DNA from: Raillietiella orientalis
Lineage: Eukaryota
Assembly (NCBI GenBank): GCA_036172245.1
Contig: JAYWIR010000007.1
Coordinates: forward strand, 4,898,001-4,962,000
Reading direction: 5' to 3'
Length of the DNA: 64,000 nucleotides
A program made the position numbers and the translations under genes. The notes below the pieces were generated by a model, which was not told where the DNA came from, did not search any database, and saw only the letters and a list, made by a program, of their open reading frames with translations. Position 1 is the stretch's first letter, and every line of letters starts with the position of its first letter. This document shows positions 1-12,654 of the stretch, in pieces.

Positions 1-1320
1 TATTTGCGACACAAAATTGACATATGACTACTAAACTTATAAATTTATATAAAGATTCCCCCCCTCTCCGCAAAGTTCTGGTTCATCAACTGTTGTTGCA
101 AATCAGTTGCCCATGAAAGCAACAAACAAATCAATACACCTTCAATGAGTGAAACGCATCTGAATAACTTCATTGAATTTAAGAACTCATCAATATAACT
201 AAATGCTAAATTAATGCGTAAATAAAGGTAATTTAAAGCATTATCTTTGAATTCAATAAAGTAACTGAAAATGACGTACTGTTCCATGTGCAGAATCCAT
301 TTTAAAATAACGTTCTAAGTACAGTACCTGTAAACATTTCTCATTAGTCTCTGTTAACAAGAAATTTATAAATACTTAATGTAAGTGTTTAGATATAATT
401 TAATATCTTTATTACAAGTTTTATATCAATTTAATTATGCAAAAAACATATGATAGTTGTTATAAAAACACACTGGATTCCTTGTGAACAAAACTGCATG
501 ATCAAAACTTTACTTTGCTTTTCTTATTCTTACATAGAAAAATTAAGTTGATATACAAAATATAAGCATGCATGGAATCAATAATAAGAAACCTGAAAGT
601 TTATAAAAATGAGACATAATCATTCGCACCAATAAGGTAGTTTAACTACCATTTAATTGAAGCATGCTTAGTTTTAAAGCTCACAAAATAATGTCAATTT
701 CATCTTTAAATCCTGCTATTGAACAAATAAACACTGAAGTCAATAATAGATATGCTCAATTATGTTGGGTGCTTTTTATGAGCCACATTTAAAGATGGTA
801 CTTTCATACTTTAAAAAATAATGTACAACATATACATTGTATATCGCACACAATAATATGTATGACAGGTAAAACTGCCTTAAATTCCCACTTATGGTTC
901 TCTTGTGAATTTTAATTTTTTTCAAGATTTACAACTGAACAAAATATTTGGTGCTTTAAAATTTGTTAAACTTAAGTAGCATTCATCCAGAAAAGAATAT
1001 TTGGTGCATTAAATAAATATTTGGTTACGTAATATAAAATGGCACCTGATCAGTTCTTACACTAGATCAATCCACTACAAAGACAGTCAACCAGATTGCC
1101 TTTGTAATGGATTGAAGCCAGAAAGAGAGTGCACTCTGTGGACTTAATAATTACATGCAAATTATCTGACATAAAAATTATCAGAAAAATTATTCATCTC
1201 GCTTGCATTTATGTGCTTATTTATGTGTTATAAATGCACATTATTCATTATTTTGCTTTGGAATGTACAATCTCATAAAATTGTCCATCCCAAACATTTT
1301 CACAAAACTTAAAAACTTAC

Positions 1321-4300
1321 TTGCAGCTATTACATCTAAAAATGCAGAACATGAACTGCATGATATGTAGCCACACAATCTGCAATGATGTCTTCTTCTT
1401 GCTAATGTAAAAGGTCTGGTACATAAAGGGCATAATTTGACACATTCATCTTCTATCCATGGAACAATTTTTTTCTCTATCCCTTTAAATAAAGGAAGAA
1501 TTTTCAAAAATTATACAGCATGACTTGTATGTTGCATTCAACAGCTGTATGTATACTCCACTATGAACTTGAAACACACCTTTACGTTGAATGGGATCCT
1601 GTGGAAGTTCAAGAATCAATTTTTCTAATCTTCTTGAGAGTTTGTTAGCCTCCATGGTAGTTCTGTCAAGTTTATCTCCACGACACAATTTAAAAAAATT
1701 ATAATGATTTCTTGAAACACCTAAGCTAAAATGACAGCAATAGACGGATGAAAGCAGCTTACCTATAATATAAGCATCATTCTCTATGTTCGTGGGACAA
1801 TACCCTAGGCTGGCAGATGGCCTACCCTCCTCTGAGTATTCATATTGTGAAGTTAATTCGATCTGCTTGAAAATACGTGCAGCTTTATTAAATATTCCTT
1901 GAAATTTAAAAAGAATGGATGTCAATACAATTTAAGTATTTTTTATCATAAGTATTTTTCGCAATGAACTGTACATTTCGTACGGAATTTATTTTTAAAC
2001 AAAGGTTCTCAAATCATATTTTAAACACAGTGCTTTTCACTTGAACTACAAAATGTCCAATTGAACATACATGTATTGCACCGTATTCTTGTAATGAAAT
2101 AAATCACATTGTTTCTGAAATAACATTAAAGAAAACAACAGTATGAGTGACGTTTCACTTCCAACATTTGCTGACAGCTCAACAATCTGAAACCAGTTAA
2201 CAAAATACATAATCACAGGCTTCCCCTCTCCCTCAAATGACCAAATGCACTTTTGAAAAATCTATTTTTAATCCCACAATAAAGTTCAGCTTGCACTACT
2301 ATTTATCAATACATTACAATTACTATATATTCTGTTGATAATTTAAATCTTATTAATAAACTTTTACCACGTGTCCCTCAAGCATGAATCATTTAGTAAA
2401 TAATCCCAGGATACATTCTTGCAGTATGAATCCACACTGTTCCAAGATCTTGATCAATGCAACACCCATTTCTTGCAATCAGCAAATCATGAAGACACAA
2501 ACACACCATTTTGAAAAATAAAATTCATTTGGCATCAAAATTTTCCTGATACATTATGGTTATGCTCCTTATTGTTGATACTCAATTCGTTGAAAAATTT
2601 TATGAATGACAGTTCACCATTTAAAACTGGATTATTAATTTCAATTACAGTGGCATTTTCCAAGTCTCTTAATGCTTAATAAATGGTAATAGAAATGAGA
2701 AAAATACATAACGAAAAATGCTGTTGATAGGTCAACTTCTTTGGGAGGGGTTAGGAGGGAGGGATAATCTGTTGACTGTTCTGGCAAGATACTAACGGAA
2801 AGATTGTAAAATGCAGGAAAATTTTTTTTGATTATCTCAATCTCAGGATCTTGATCTACCACTTGCACTTTAATGATCATGCTATTACAAATAAAACCTG
2901 TTCATTCTGATAGTATATTATCCAAATACCAAATTTCTGCTTTTGCACCATGCTTATGAGCATAACAATTTAGAGTTCATGTAGAATCGAAACTACTTCT
3001 GGCTTCCATCTCATAGAGAATTCATAAATCAATCAGTAGCTCAATTTTTTGTTCAAATGATTTAAAACATAACAGGGATAAAACTTCAAGTCCTGTTACA
3101 TTTAATTTCCACATTCAAAGAACTATACAGATTCTGTAGAACAGATGCTAGTGGCTATGCTGATGATACAGTCATCCAAATGAAATTATCACATTGCTTC
3201 ACTATTGTTTACATCTTATGAAAAGCCATAAGCCAAGGTCTAACTCCTACATTAATACAGAACAAAAAACCTGTGCACCTATATAGCTGGATGCAGCCAT
3301 ATTCTTAATATTAGTAGTAGTAATATTTTGTATCTCGAAAAGACCTGACATGTTTATACTGATTGTTTAGCTCGTTTTAATTGTAAAACTGGAAAGTAAA
3401 ATTACTACTCTGCTCTCTTTTTATTTAATAAAGAGACTTCAATGATCTAAATCTGAAAGCATAATTTTCGAAAAGCCTTGAACTAAAAGGATACTTCATT
3501 ATTAAGGGAACTAATAATGAAGTACGGTAGAAACACAGAAGGAAATAAATAGTTTTTCAAAATAGCATTATTCGGAGTGTGTGTGACATCTCAATGCTAC
3601 ATTTCTGTTAAACTCTGCATTACTTTTCTGTTCAAAAATGTTTAAAACAGGTATCCTAATATTTAATTTCGGTTGAATATTGGTTTCATTCAAATCAAAT
3701 TAGCCAGAAGATTTCTGTTTAGTAATAATTATGTAAACAAACATTTTGAAATACATTTCAAAATTACCAAAAAATTAAATGAAAACCCTGGGACTCTATG
3801 GACAGATGAATGCAAAATTACATACAAACACTGATTTATTAGCATAGAAAACATGCATTTCACATGCATGTTTTCTGTTTTCAACATGCATGTTTTTCCC
3901 AGACCATGTCACATTTTACTATTTCACATAGTGAAATTTGACATGGTCTGGGAAAAAAGTCTAGGTAAGATTGAAGGAAAAGTATAACACTGAAAATTTG
4001 TAAACATATTATAATTACTTTCAAATTAATAAATAACCAAATTATAAACAAGTTTAAAGGTGATTAAAAAACAACTAATACTAAACTGAATCTATACAAC
4101 AAAGTATATTTACAAAGTCCAAAATGAAACTGAAACAAAGAGTAGAACATAAAAGGAAAAGCTCTATTAAAATAATACTCATTTTTCATAATTTACATGA
4201 GGTGAAATGTGGCTATAGATACAGTAAAAACTTAATCATTTAATATGCAAATTTTAGAATCCCAATAGAAATTGAATGTGCTATAAATGATCAACCCCAA

Positions 4301-6506
4301 ATCAACACCTGTGCTCTTTAATTAAGAATAAGAAAAAAAGCTATAAACAAGTTTTTCTTTTAATTTTTAAATATAAAAGCCTTTTGCTATATCAGGTGAA
4401 CGTGCTATTAAGACATTATGTTTTCCAACACGATATTCTTGATTCCTCATATTACATTTAAGCATAAAATACAAGTGCTGCATGCCAATAATTCACACAA
4501 GCAACTATGAATCAAAGGTAGATCAAAATGATTCCATTTATGGAAACCAAACCATGACACACTACCAAGAAATGTTCTTGAAATGCTTTTTGTATACAAC
4601 AACAGTGATCTCAGTATTTCAAGACTATTACATACATAAACTCCAGTATATATGTTATCAGCTTTTAAATTCAGTGCAATCCATTTCATCTTTTTATCTT
4701 TGATTCCATAGCAGAATTTCACAATGCTCCTAGAGTGCATGATTTGAAACTTTTCCATTAGAAGCAATCTCCTCCAACTCAACTGATAAATTTTGGGGGA
4801 TATTTTGCAAATACTTGTGACAAATTACAGTTTTAATTCTCATAATCAGTTGAGATATTTATCAATGATTTAATACAGCAATGAACATTTTTTCTTTTAT
4901 ATCTGCAATCAAAATAACACCTGTGATGGTCATTTCTGATTATAATAAAAGGAAGCAACTGCTTAAGATTTTTACTCTGTTAATACATAAAGGTTCAGAA
5001 TAATTAGAAATGCAGTAAATAGACCTCTAATGCAAATTTATGTACTTCCATCTTTCAATGTGCATCTTTAATCTTAATAAACATAAAACACCTCTTAAAA
5101 TTAAAGAATTCTCCATATCATCTCCCTATATTTGAAGAATGTTTCTTGTGGGTTTTGAAAGAATGTTGAATAAAGGATTTAGAATTACATTATGCTATTG
5201 GAAGATTTCCCAAATGAAATACATGAAAGGAAACCATATTCTTGTGGTGAGCTGCACACCGATAAGGCTATCACTGTAGCCTAATATACTAATGGCTGGA
5301 CTAATGTTGCTAAGAAAAAAAAGTTTTAATGCATCAAAGACAAAAATAAACACAGCATTACTTTGTCATGGTTTCAAAATGGGATAGCATCATGGGATCT
5401 CCCTATCATCTACTGATAATCAATTCAAAAGAATATGAATGTAAGCATGTGATTGCATAACATAACTTTAAAAGTCATTACCGAAAGGTTTTCAAATTCA
5501 TAATTATGTAGTGGTACCATATGTATTGAAGTTTTTGTCACACTTCAATACATACAATAATATATCAAAATCACAGTACCATTTTCGCATCAGACGGGAT
5601 GCTTTGTAATGATTCTTAAGTCATCTTACGTAATGATGAAAATACCGAATTTACATAATACTGCAGAACACATAAATACACACAATCAGCATGCCAATTT
5701 AGGGTCTTTGTCAAATACCTGAACAGTGCAAATACATTCTATTTTTTTTTATCACATAAAGCATTGCATGGAACACTCAACTTAATTATAATAAAGCAAT
5801 AATTATTAAAACAACCGAATATGAAATGATCGAACAAAACTAAGATTCACCAATTCACTAATAAACTAGATTCACCAATAGATTCACTCATGCACAGATA
5901 TAACAATGATCGCTAAAATAATTATTTAAATGAAAACAAAAAAACTTCGAAAACACCTTTATTGGAATTGAAATAGCTATCAGTAGTTTAATAGCATCTT
6001 TACACAATGTGCAGAAAATACTTCTATAATCACCTACTAATCAAACAATAGAATTCATAATCAATCAACTCATACATAGTTGCATTAAACAAACGTCTAT
6101 ATTATAATTGACTTTTCCATACAAAAAAAATGAAAATTTAAAAAAATTTAAATTTAAAAAATACATTATTGAAGACTTGATATTGAACATAAGAAAAAAT
6201 GAGTGCAATAAGGGAACAATGGATACAAGTCATATTACACACAACTGAAGGAATATACACGCACCCTTTACGATAAAAATGCATGGAAAATGGGCAGACA
6301 ACTTAATGCAATGAATGAACATAGGATTTCATTAAGTAACAGTTCCAAAACCAAACATGAAACACATGAATTTAAATACCTGTCACAGAAGTCGGAGAAC
6401 TTGTATCTGCCGTATGAGATTTGGCATGTATAAACAGATTTTCTAAGGACTGCTGGTCTTCGTAGCAAATAGGACACAAGAATCCTTCTACTATACTAGT
6501 TTCCAT
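1321..6506 (-). CDS. RBSN: Rabenosyn-5 (C2H2 + FYVE Rab5 effector), 5' part; gene probably continues left of the last exon identified
   Basis: Phase-compatible GT-AG exons 6506-6380 (METSIVEGFLCPICYEDQQSLENLFIHAKSH, C2H2 finger), 1897-1763, 1720-1580 (EANKLSRRLEKL) and 1482-1321 (IEKKIVPW..CPLC..F.LARRRHHCRLCG..C..C, FYVE). Domain order matches rabenosyn-5. Downstream exons not resolved. Confidence 0.9.
2650..3450 (+). mobile_element. Highly decayed non-LTR reverse-transcriptase remnant in RBSN intron 1
   Basis: Collinear broken RT-like motifs on + strand: GKILTERL (~2783-2806), QG then SPVTFNF (~3073-3110), GYADDTVI (YADD at 3156-3167). Many stops and frameshifts; boundaries approximate. 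Confidence 0.5.
3846..3957. repeat. Two adjacent inverted repeats with the same TTCAC loop
   Basis: 3846-3876: AGAAAACATGCAT-ttcac-ATGCATGTTTTCT (perfect 13-bp arms). 3893-3957: 30-bp arms with 2 mismatches and loop ttcac (3923-3927). Confidence 0.9.
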
Positions 6507-6632
6507 TTTATGTACATGCACTTGGTCCGAGCAAACTCATACTGCATGCACATATGTAGCTGTTGATCGATTGCATTTACAACAACAAATCTTCTCACTA
6601 TTGGAATATTATTGGAACTGGAATATAATTGG

Positions 6633-8811
6633 AATCAGCTGTTTCATTAATAGTGATCATGGTTACATTGTTCGTGTTTGAGATTCTTCTAAATAACTAT
6701 GATAGTTAATTTTTGATGTCCACAAACCAACAGAAAAACAAAAATGACTGTGTTTACAAATATAATTTTAGAAATTCATAAAACTTCTTCAAATACTTTC
6801 TCTCAAACTGAAAAGAAACGTAAGCACATGACTGGCACAAACCTAGTAACATGGCTGCAAAAATAAGAGTCGTTTTGTGAAAACAACAGTTTCAAATACT
6901 TAATTTAGTACATATCTTATGAAAGTAAACATTTGCAAAATAATCATCAAGTGCTTAATCATTGCACTGAACTTCCAAAAAGAAATTGGCACTACGCACC
7001 ACCTATGCACCGTTTTACATTGGATACGAGAACAGGAAAACCAAGTCTGAGGAGGAACTATCTAATCTTTTCAACAAAAAAAATTAATTCAGCTATGATT
7101 AAAGTAGCATTAGTAGTACCTAGATTATGTTGGACTAAAACAACCCACTCCAATTTCTTTAAATAATTTCATTTGAGCAGGGTAAATCACAGAAGGCTCA
7201 AAGTGCATTTCCCATGTCATTATCATAGGATCTAGGAAATCAACCAAAGATAAGATAGATCCTCCATTTGAATTGCAAATCATTAGCAATCATACATTCA
7301 TATATAGAATCATATGTTGACTGTTGAAATGTGATTTGTCTCAAGCATGGTTCAAGTATATATATATATTCTACATCTTAATACAGTTAACCTTTGGATT
7401 ATTGCCTCCGCAATCTTTATCCACTCAAAAGAATAGCAACACATCGGAAAAGTCATTTCTGGAGTTGCATATTGACATAGATCATAATATTTTTTAAATC
7501 CTAAAAAACATAGTTTTTTTTATTTTTCTTTTATGCTTAAGCATCGGTTATCGAATGTTCATTAAATATACGAGAAGTTTATTTTCAAATGGATAGTAAC
7601 TAGATTTGCTAAAATAACTGCCTTCAAGCAGGAAAAGAGTCACCTTTCAATCTAGTACTGAAAAAAAAAAAAAAAGAAGCAAGACACTGTATCTAAAGGT
7701 TTTTAAATCTTAATGCAAATTTTGAAATTAAGAGAAATACTGAGAAAAAAATGCTTTTTTTTTTTCGAATTTCCAATTACTCAGTGAATTTGCAGTTCTA
7801 ACTCTCGATATATTGCAGCTTTCATATTTCTGTTTCTATCAATGAATAATAGGGAAGAAAAACATATGTCACTGAATGCAAGCAATCATTCTCATATGCG
7901 CTGATGCAAGTGTAGATGCTCAAACGGGAAATTCTACAGCTTCGTGCAATTTGCTTGTAAGTGCTTGTTGATGGAAATGTTCTGTTTGCTTTCGTACCAG
8001 TTCGTGCTTATAAATTTTCCAGAGTTAAGCATTGAACAGCTAAGACTGGCTGTTTTCCTCTTGTATTCATTTTCGTTGTAAGCCAAAATAATTTTCTGGT
8101 CCTTCATCTGCTTGTAATTTGGCAACGATTAATCAGGATATCATCGTTTTGACAGCGTTATTTCCCATCACATCATGAAGATTATAGAAAGTTACTCATT
8201 ATGAAGGCGCACATTTTGATGATTATAGAAGGATATCATTCATAAATTCATATTCACAAAAAGCAATGGATGATTAATGACGCCAGTAGTTCCTATAGAA
8301 AAATATACCATATAAATGTTTTTTTCATTTTCGCAAGTGAATTTCACTGCAGCAAGGAAATTACTTACATAAAAAAAAACTTGTTTGATCAGTGATTCAC
8401 AAATACACTCATCAATAATTTGTATTTAAAGAACGAATATCTTGAATTCTCTTCGCAATGATTTCTGGCTTCTAGGACCCTTCTAGCCTTTCTTGTTTTC
8501 TGTGTTAGTAAGTTGAGTAATTTAGAGATGAAACTAACTAAATTTTAATTGGGATGAATGTTCAGAAGCTTAATTTCGAATGCAAAAAATTTTTAGCTGA
8601 AAATTAACTATTCATTGTAGCCGAATAATCAATTGCTGCCTCTAAACAGCAACTCGAAAAATAATCAGGAACCTTTTGACACATCTAACTACAAGCCAAA
8701 GCTATCACGGGAGCCATAATCAGCTGTTTCATTAATAGTGATCATGGTTACATTGTTCATGTTTGAGATTCTTCGAAATAACCATGATAGTTAATTTTCG
8801 ATGTCCACAAA
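6633..8811 (+). repeat. 94-bp direct repeat pair (6633-6726 and 8718-8811)
   Basis: AATCAGCTGTTTCATTAATAGTGATCATGG...GATGTCCACAAA occurs twice with 4 substitutions, about 2 kb apart. Confidence 0.9.
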
Positions 8812-10223
8812 TACTACATTTTTACTGGATCAAGAATGCTTTATCCAAGTTATGTAATTATGAACCTGTTATTTTTATTCTAATGATGTCAAAAATATTA
8901 TAAATAAAGTAAAAAACTAAAGATGTTTAATGTGTTTTTATTTTGGTTACTTGCTTGGAAAATACATTGCTACATTGCAGAACAGTCTTTTTGCAGTGGT
9001 CATTTACTGACTGAAACAAATTTATTTCTAGAGGATTTTATTAAACAAGTTCTTAGCTTATATGATTGCGAATTGTAAAAAGGAAACACGAAAGATATGG
9101 GAATGGCATCGGTATCAAGTAAAGATCATTTTCTGAAACTACAAATGTAATTCAAACCATTTTAAACCGCCAATTTAAAACCTACATCTGCATTACCTCA
9201 TGGAGAAATCTAAAGAATATTCTTGGGAATCTTCTATGTCCAATAAATATGATGATAAAATCTTTCCGATGGAAACTGGATTTATGATTATCCTCAATTC
9301 TGATAATCACACACGGACCTCGGGGGCAGCAACAAGACTTATTTCATGACTTGCAGTGCATGAAGAACGCACCCGAAATGCTCCGATCTTCACAACATTC
9401 ATACATAAAAGTACGACGACAACAACAACAAAATCGCGAATATTGAAAATCCTCCGTGAATTCGATTTCATGGAAACTTGGCCCAAATCACTTGGCCAAA
9501 ATTAAGGAATTTAAATTCGGTGCTCAAGCCCTATTCCCTGCTTCCAATTTTTACCTGCTGAAGGTGGACTGCATTGCGGGAAGAACGGCATGAATGTCAG
9601 GGCTATCACGTACGGCAGCAGCAGCCCTTTCTTTCAGTCGCTCGTGAAACGCGCGCGCATCGGATGTGTCCGTCGTCGGTGAAGCGCGCGCCGAATGCCC
9701 CATGCATTTTCTTGATTCGATACGGAGACACTCGGTTTCTTGTTTCATGTTTTTATAAGCGGATTAAAATATCAATCTTCCTACTGGTTCTTAGAAAGTG
9801 CATCCATTATTTATGTATTTGTATTTTGTAGATTACAGAAACTGTAGTTTTGTATTACCTGTTTGCAGTAAAATCACCCAAACAACCATTTGTCTTAAAT
9901 GTGTTACCGATGGGCACATGAGATTCATCGTACTGATAATTAGTGTGCAAGTATGGTTGTAATTATGAAATCAGCATTGATTACCCTATTACCTAGTACA
10001 ACAGTGAATAGATGTATTGACTTGTCTAATGCTTCTACCATGTACATTCAAGTTTTATTCATTCTAACTTAGAGGTGTACCTCGAGTGAAAAGTTTGGTT
10101 AGTGAATAAAATGTGCACTAAAGGAGTTCAAACAGGGAATACATAAGCAAAGTATATGTTGGGATAAATTTGGTTGTCCGGAAACGGTACAGGTCCATAG
10201 AAGATTCCCGTAGCATTCATGAA

Positions 10224-12654
10224 ATGAATGTCATGAAAAGTGAAGACGATCCTGTTATTAAAGAGGTTGGTCCTTGCTATATGCACTACCCAAAACTCAC
10301 CATTATGCAATGGTGTCGCATTAACAAATTGTGTAAAATTAATTACTTATCCCTGGAGTAGTTTTATCATTAGCGTTTTGTAGGAGACAGACAGCTAATA
10401 GATAGTCATTCTTACTCAGTAGCTCTAACGAAAGCAAATTGTAACAACCTGATTTTTGTTGGTTTTCTTACACAAGTTTTATTGTAGATTCCGGTGTACT
10501 GTGTCAGTGATTCCACAAACCCATTCTTATTACTTCAGTATCCTGTGAGACCTTCATATGCAAGTTTTGAGAAAAGTATTTCAAATGTGAGTCTTATCTT
10601 TGTTTGATAATTACTTGCGTGCATTGGCTCATAAGCTATAGTCATGTGCCACCAAATAATGACAGCTTCAAAAATTGAAGCCATAAAAATACCATGGCAG
10701 TTGGAACGTGCCGTTTTATTTATTGCCTTTTTTATCACTCCAAATGCCAAAATTGTTAAGATTTCGGAGTTAAATGATGCGTAGTAACAGGGAGGATAGT
10801 AAAGATAGAATTTAACAGTAACTGTCGCATTTTTGTTAAGATTTATCGTGCAAATCATAGTGAGGGAACTGGTAGTATTGTTTGTGTTTAAACATAAGAT
10901 GTTGGTAAGCATTCTAATTTTACTGAATTGCCTTTTTGTCGAGTGAGAATAAACTTAATGGTTTATGATAATTTTAGGCCAAAATCAAACCCATTCAGAA
11001 GAAACTTGAAATGTGCATCGGCATAAGCACTGTCCCAACTAATTATGATCTCAGTAGAGGAGAGCAGATAGCTCTCAATACTGATGGGAGCAATCCTGAA
11101 AGAGAAGCATTATTTCCAAGGTTTTTTTTTTTTTTTCTCTTCCATACACAAGGAAAGTTATTTGTTTCATGTGCATTTGTTGTACTGACTTGTAGTATAG
11201 CAATTTTTCATTTTTTTTTTAATCTATTGGTAACGAAATATCCACTTTATCGCCGAATTTGTGTACCTAAATGCAATTCGGATTTTAATGAAATGAGCTG
11301 TTCATTGGATTGTTGATGCAATGAATAATTGGTAAACTTTTCTAATGGAAATAGTGGCGTCATGGATAAATACTGGCTGCAGTCGAGCATAGCTGTAAAG
11401 AATGCAAAAAGATACTGTCTTGGGTGGATGAAAGATGGCAACATATTTTTCATTCCTTTAGACAGTGTGTTACACATGAGACCAAGTTTTAACTACCTTG
11501 ATATATGTGATAAGAGGATTAGTGTGGAAAATAATGAAGGTAAAAACTAACTGGAAATTGTAAGCCATAAACAATTTCCTCTGAGATTATGTTAGGAAGT
11601 GCTAAAAATGTGCCTTTTAGAGCAGAGTAGTCACAGTGAAGAGGAGTTACAGGCAGTCACTGTAAAATTTGCTCGTCAAGAAACTGACAAAAGTCGTCTA
11701 GCTAGGGAAAAATCATTTCAGTTTCAACAGCTGAAAGCTGCAGAAGAGCCATGGAGAATTCTTCATTGTCACTTTGCTGATAGCAAATTTGCAGAGGTGA
11801 AACAAATGAAGTGAAAGATGGCAAAACACTATTCTTTTGATTATAGAATACTAGAAAAGAATTGGTATCAGTTCTGTCATCTGATCAGAGTTCTTTAGCA
11901 TCAGTTTCATCTAGTCAGTACTTATATCAATTGGTAACAGGTCACTCACATAAATCTGAAGAATCTCAGAAGAAAATACATGCTGAAAAATTGCAAGAAT
12001 TATTTCTGAGAAGTAAGCCAGAAAAGATGCTGTTGTCTTATTCCTATTGTAGCAAAAATTCTAAGTTTCAAGCAGCTGGAAGAGTACTTTGAGAGAAACC
12101 ACTTGGTATCTTCCAGTTTCTGGCACATTGTTCAACAAATTGCAGTTCTGGTGCAAAGTAATTGGGTTATCAAAAGCGAATTGCTTTATCCAAAGCATGT
12201 ATCAGAAATTTCTGGTATTCCTGTGAATGTGATATGCCATGCAAGGGATAAAATTGTAAGTAAACATAATGATCTCTGATATAATATGCATTTATTAAGA
12301 CAGTTGTCATTATTTCTTGAAAATTCCATAGTAAATATGAAAATGCTGGAAAGTATAACTGATGTTCCTGTTGCTGAATTGCGAAGTATTTTAAATCAGT
12401 TTGCCAAGCCTGTTAAAGGCAAAGGATGGGAATTCAAACTTCCATTAGATGAAAACATAAGCAACAAGTAAATAGTTGACGAACTTTTCTTGCACTTTTA
12501 CATTTTATGTATCTGTATTTCTTGTAGATATGCAGATATAGTGCAGAGACAAAAAATGATTTGGGAAAGCAAACACCAGCACTTGAAACCAGCTAGTAAG
12601 CTTGGTTCATCTGTGAAAAATCGAGGAAGGAAAAGCCTTGATGATGATAAGTAA
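10224..12654 (+). CDS. POLR3E: RNA polymerase III subunit RPC5 (Sin-like), about 434 aa, 9 exons
   Basis: Exons 10224-10265, 10488-10586, 10978-11120, 11355-11539, 11621-11796, 11847-12012, 12053-12255, 12304-12467, 12528-12654 total 1305 nt in frame. Motifs EDDPVIKEI.VY, LLQYPVRP, AKIKP.QKKLEM, RGEQIALNTDG, HMRPSFNYLD, VTVKFAR, EEPW, AVLVQSNWVIKS, GWEFKLPLD, IVQRQKMIW. Confidence 0.93.

Noticed and set aside
1047..1166. Candidate next RBSN exon (AG...GT bounded)
   Set aside because: In the required phase it hits a stop and shows no rabenosyn similarity.
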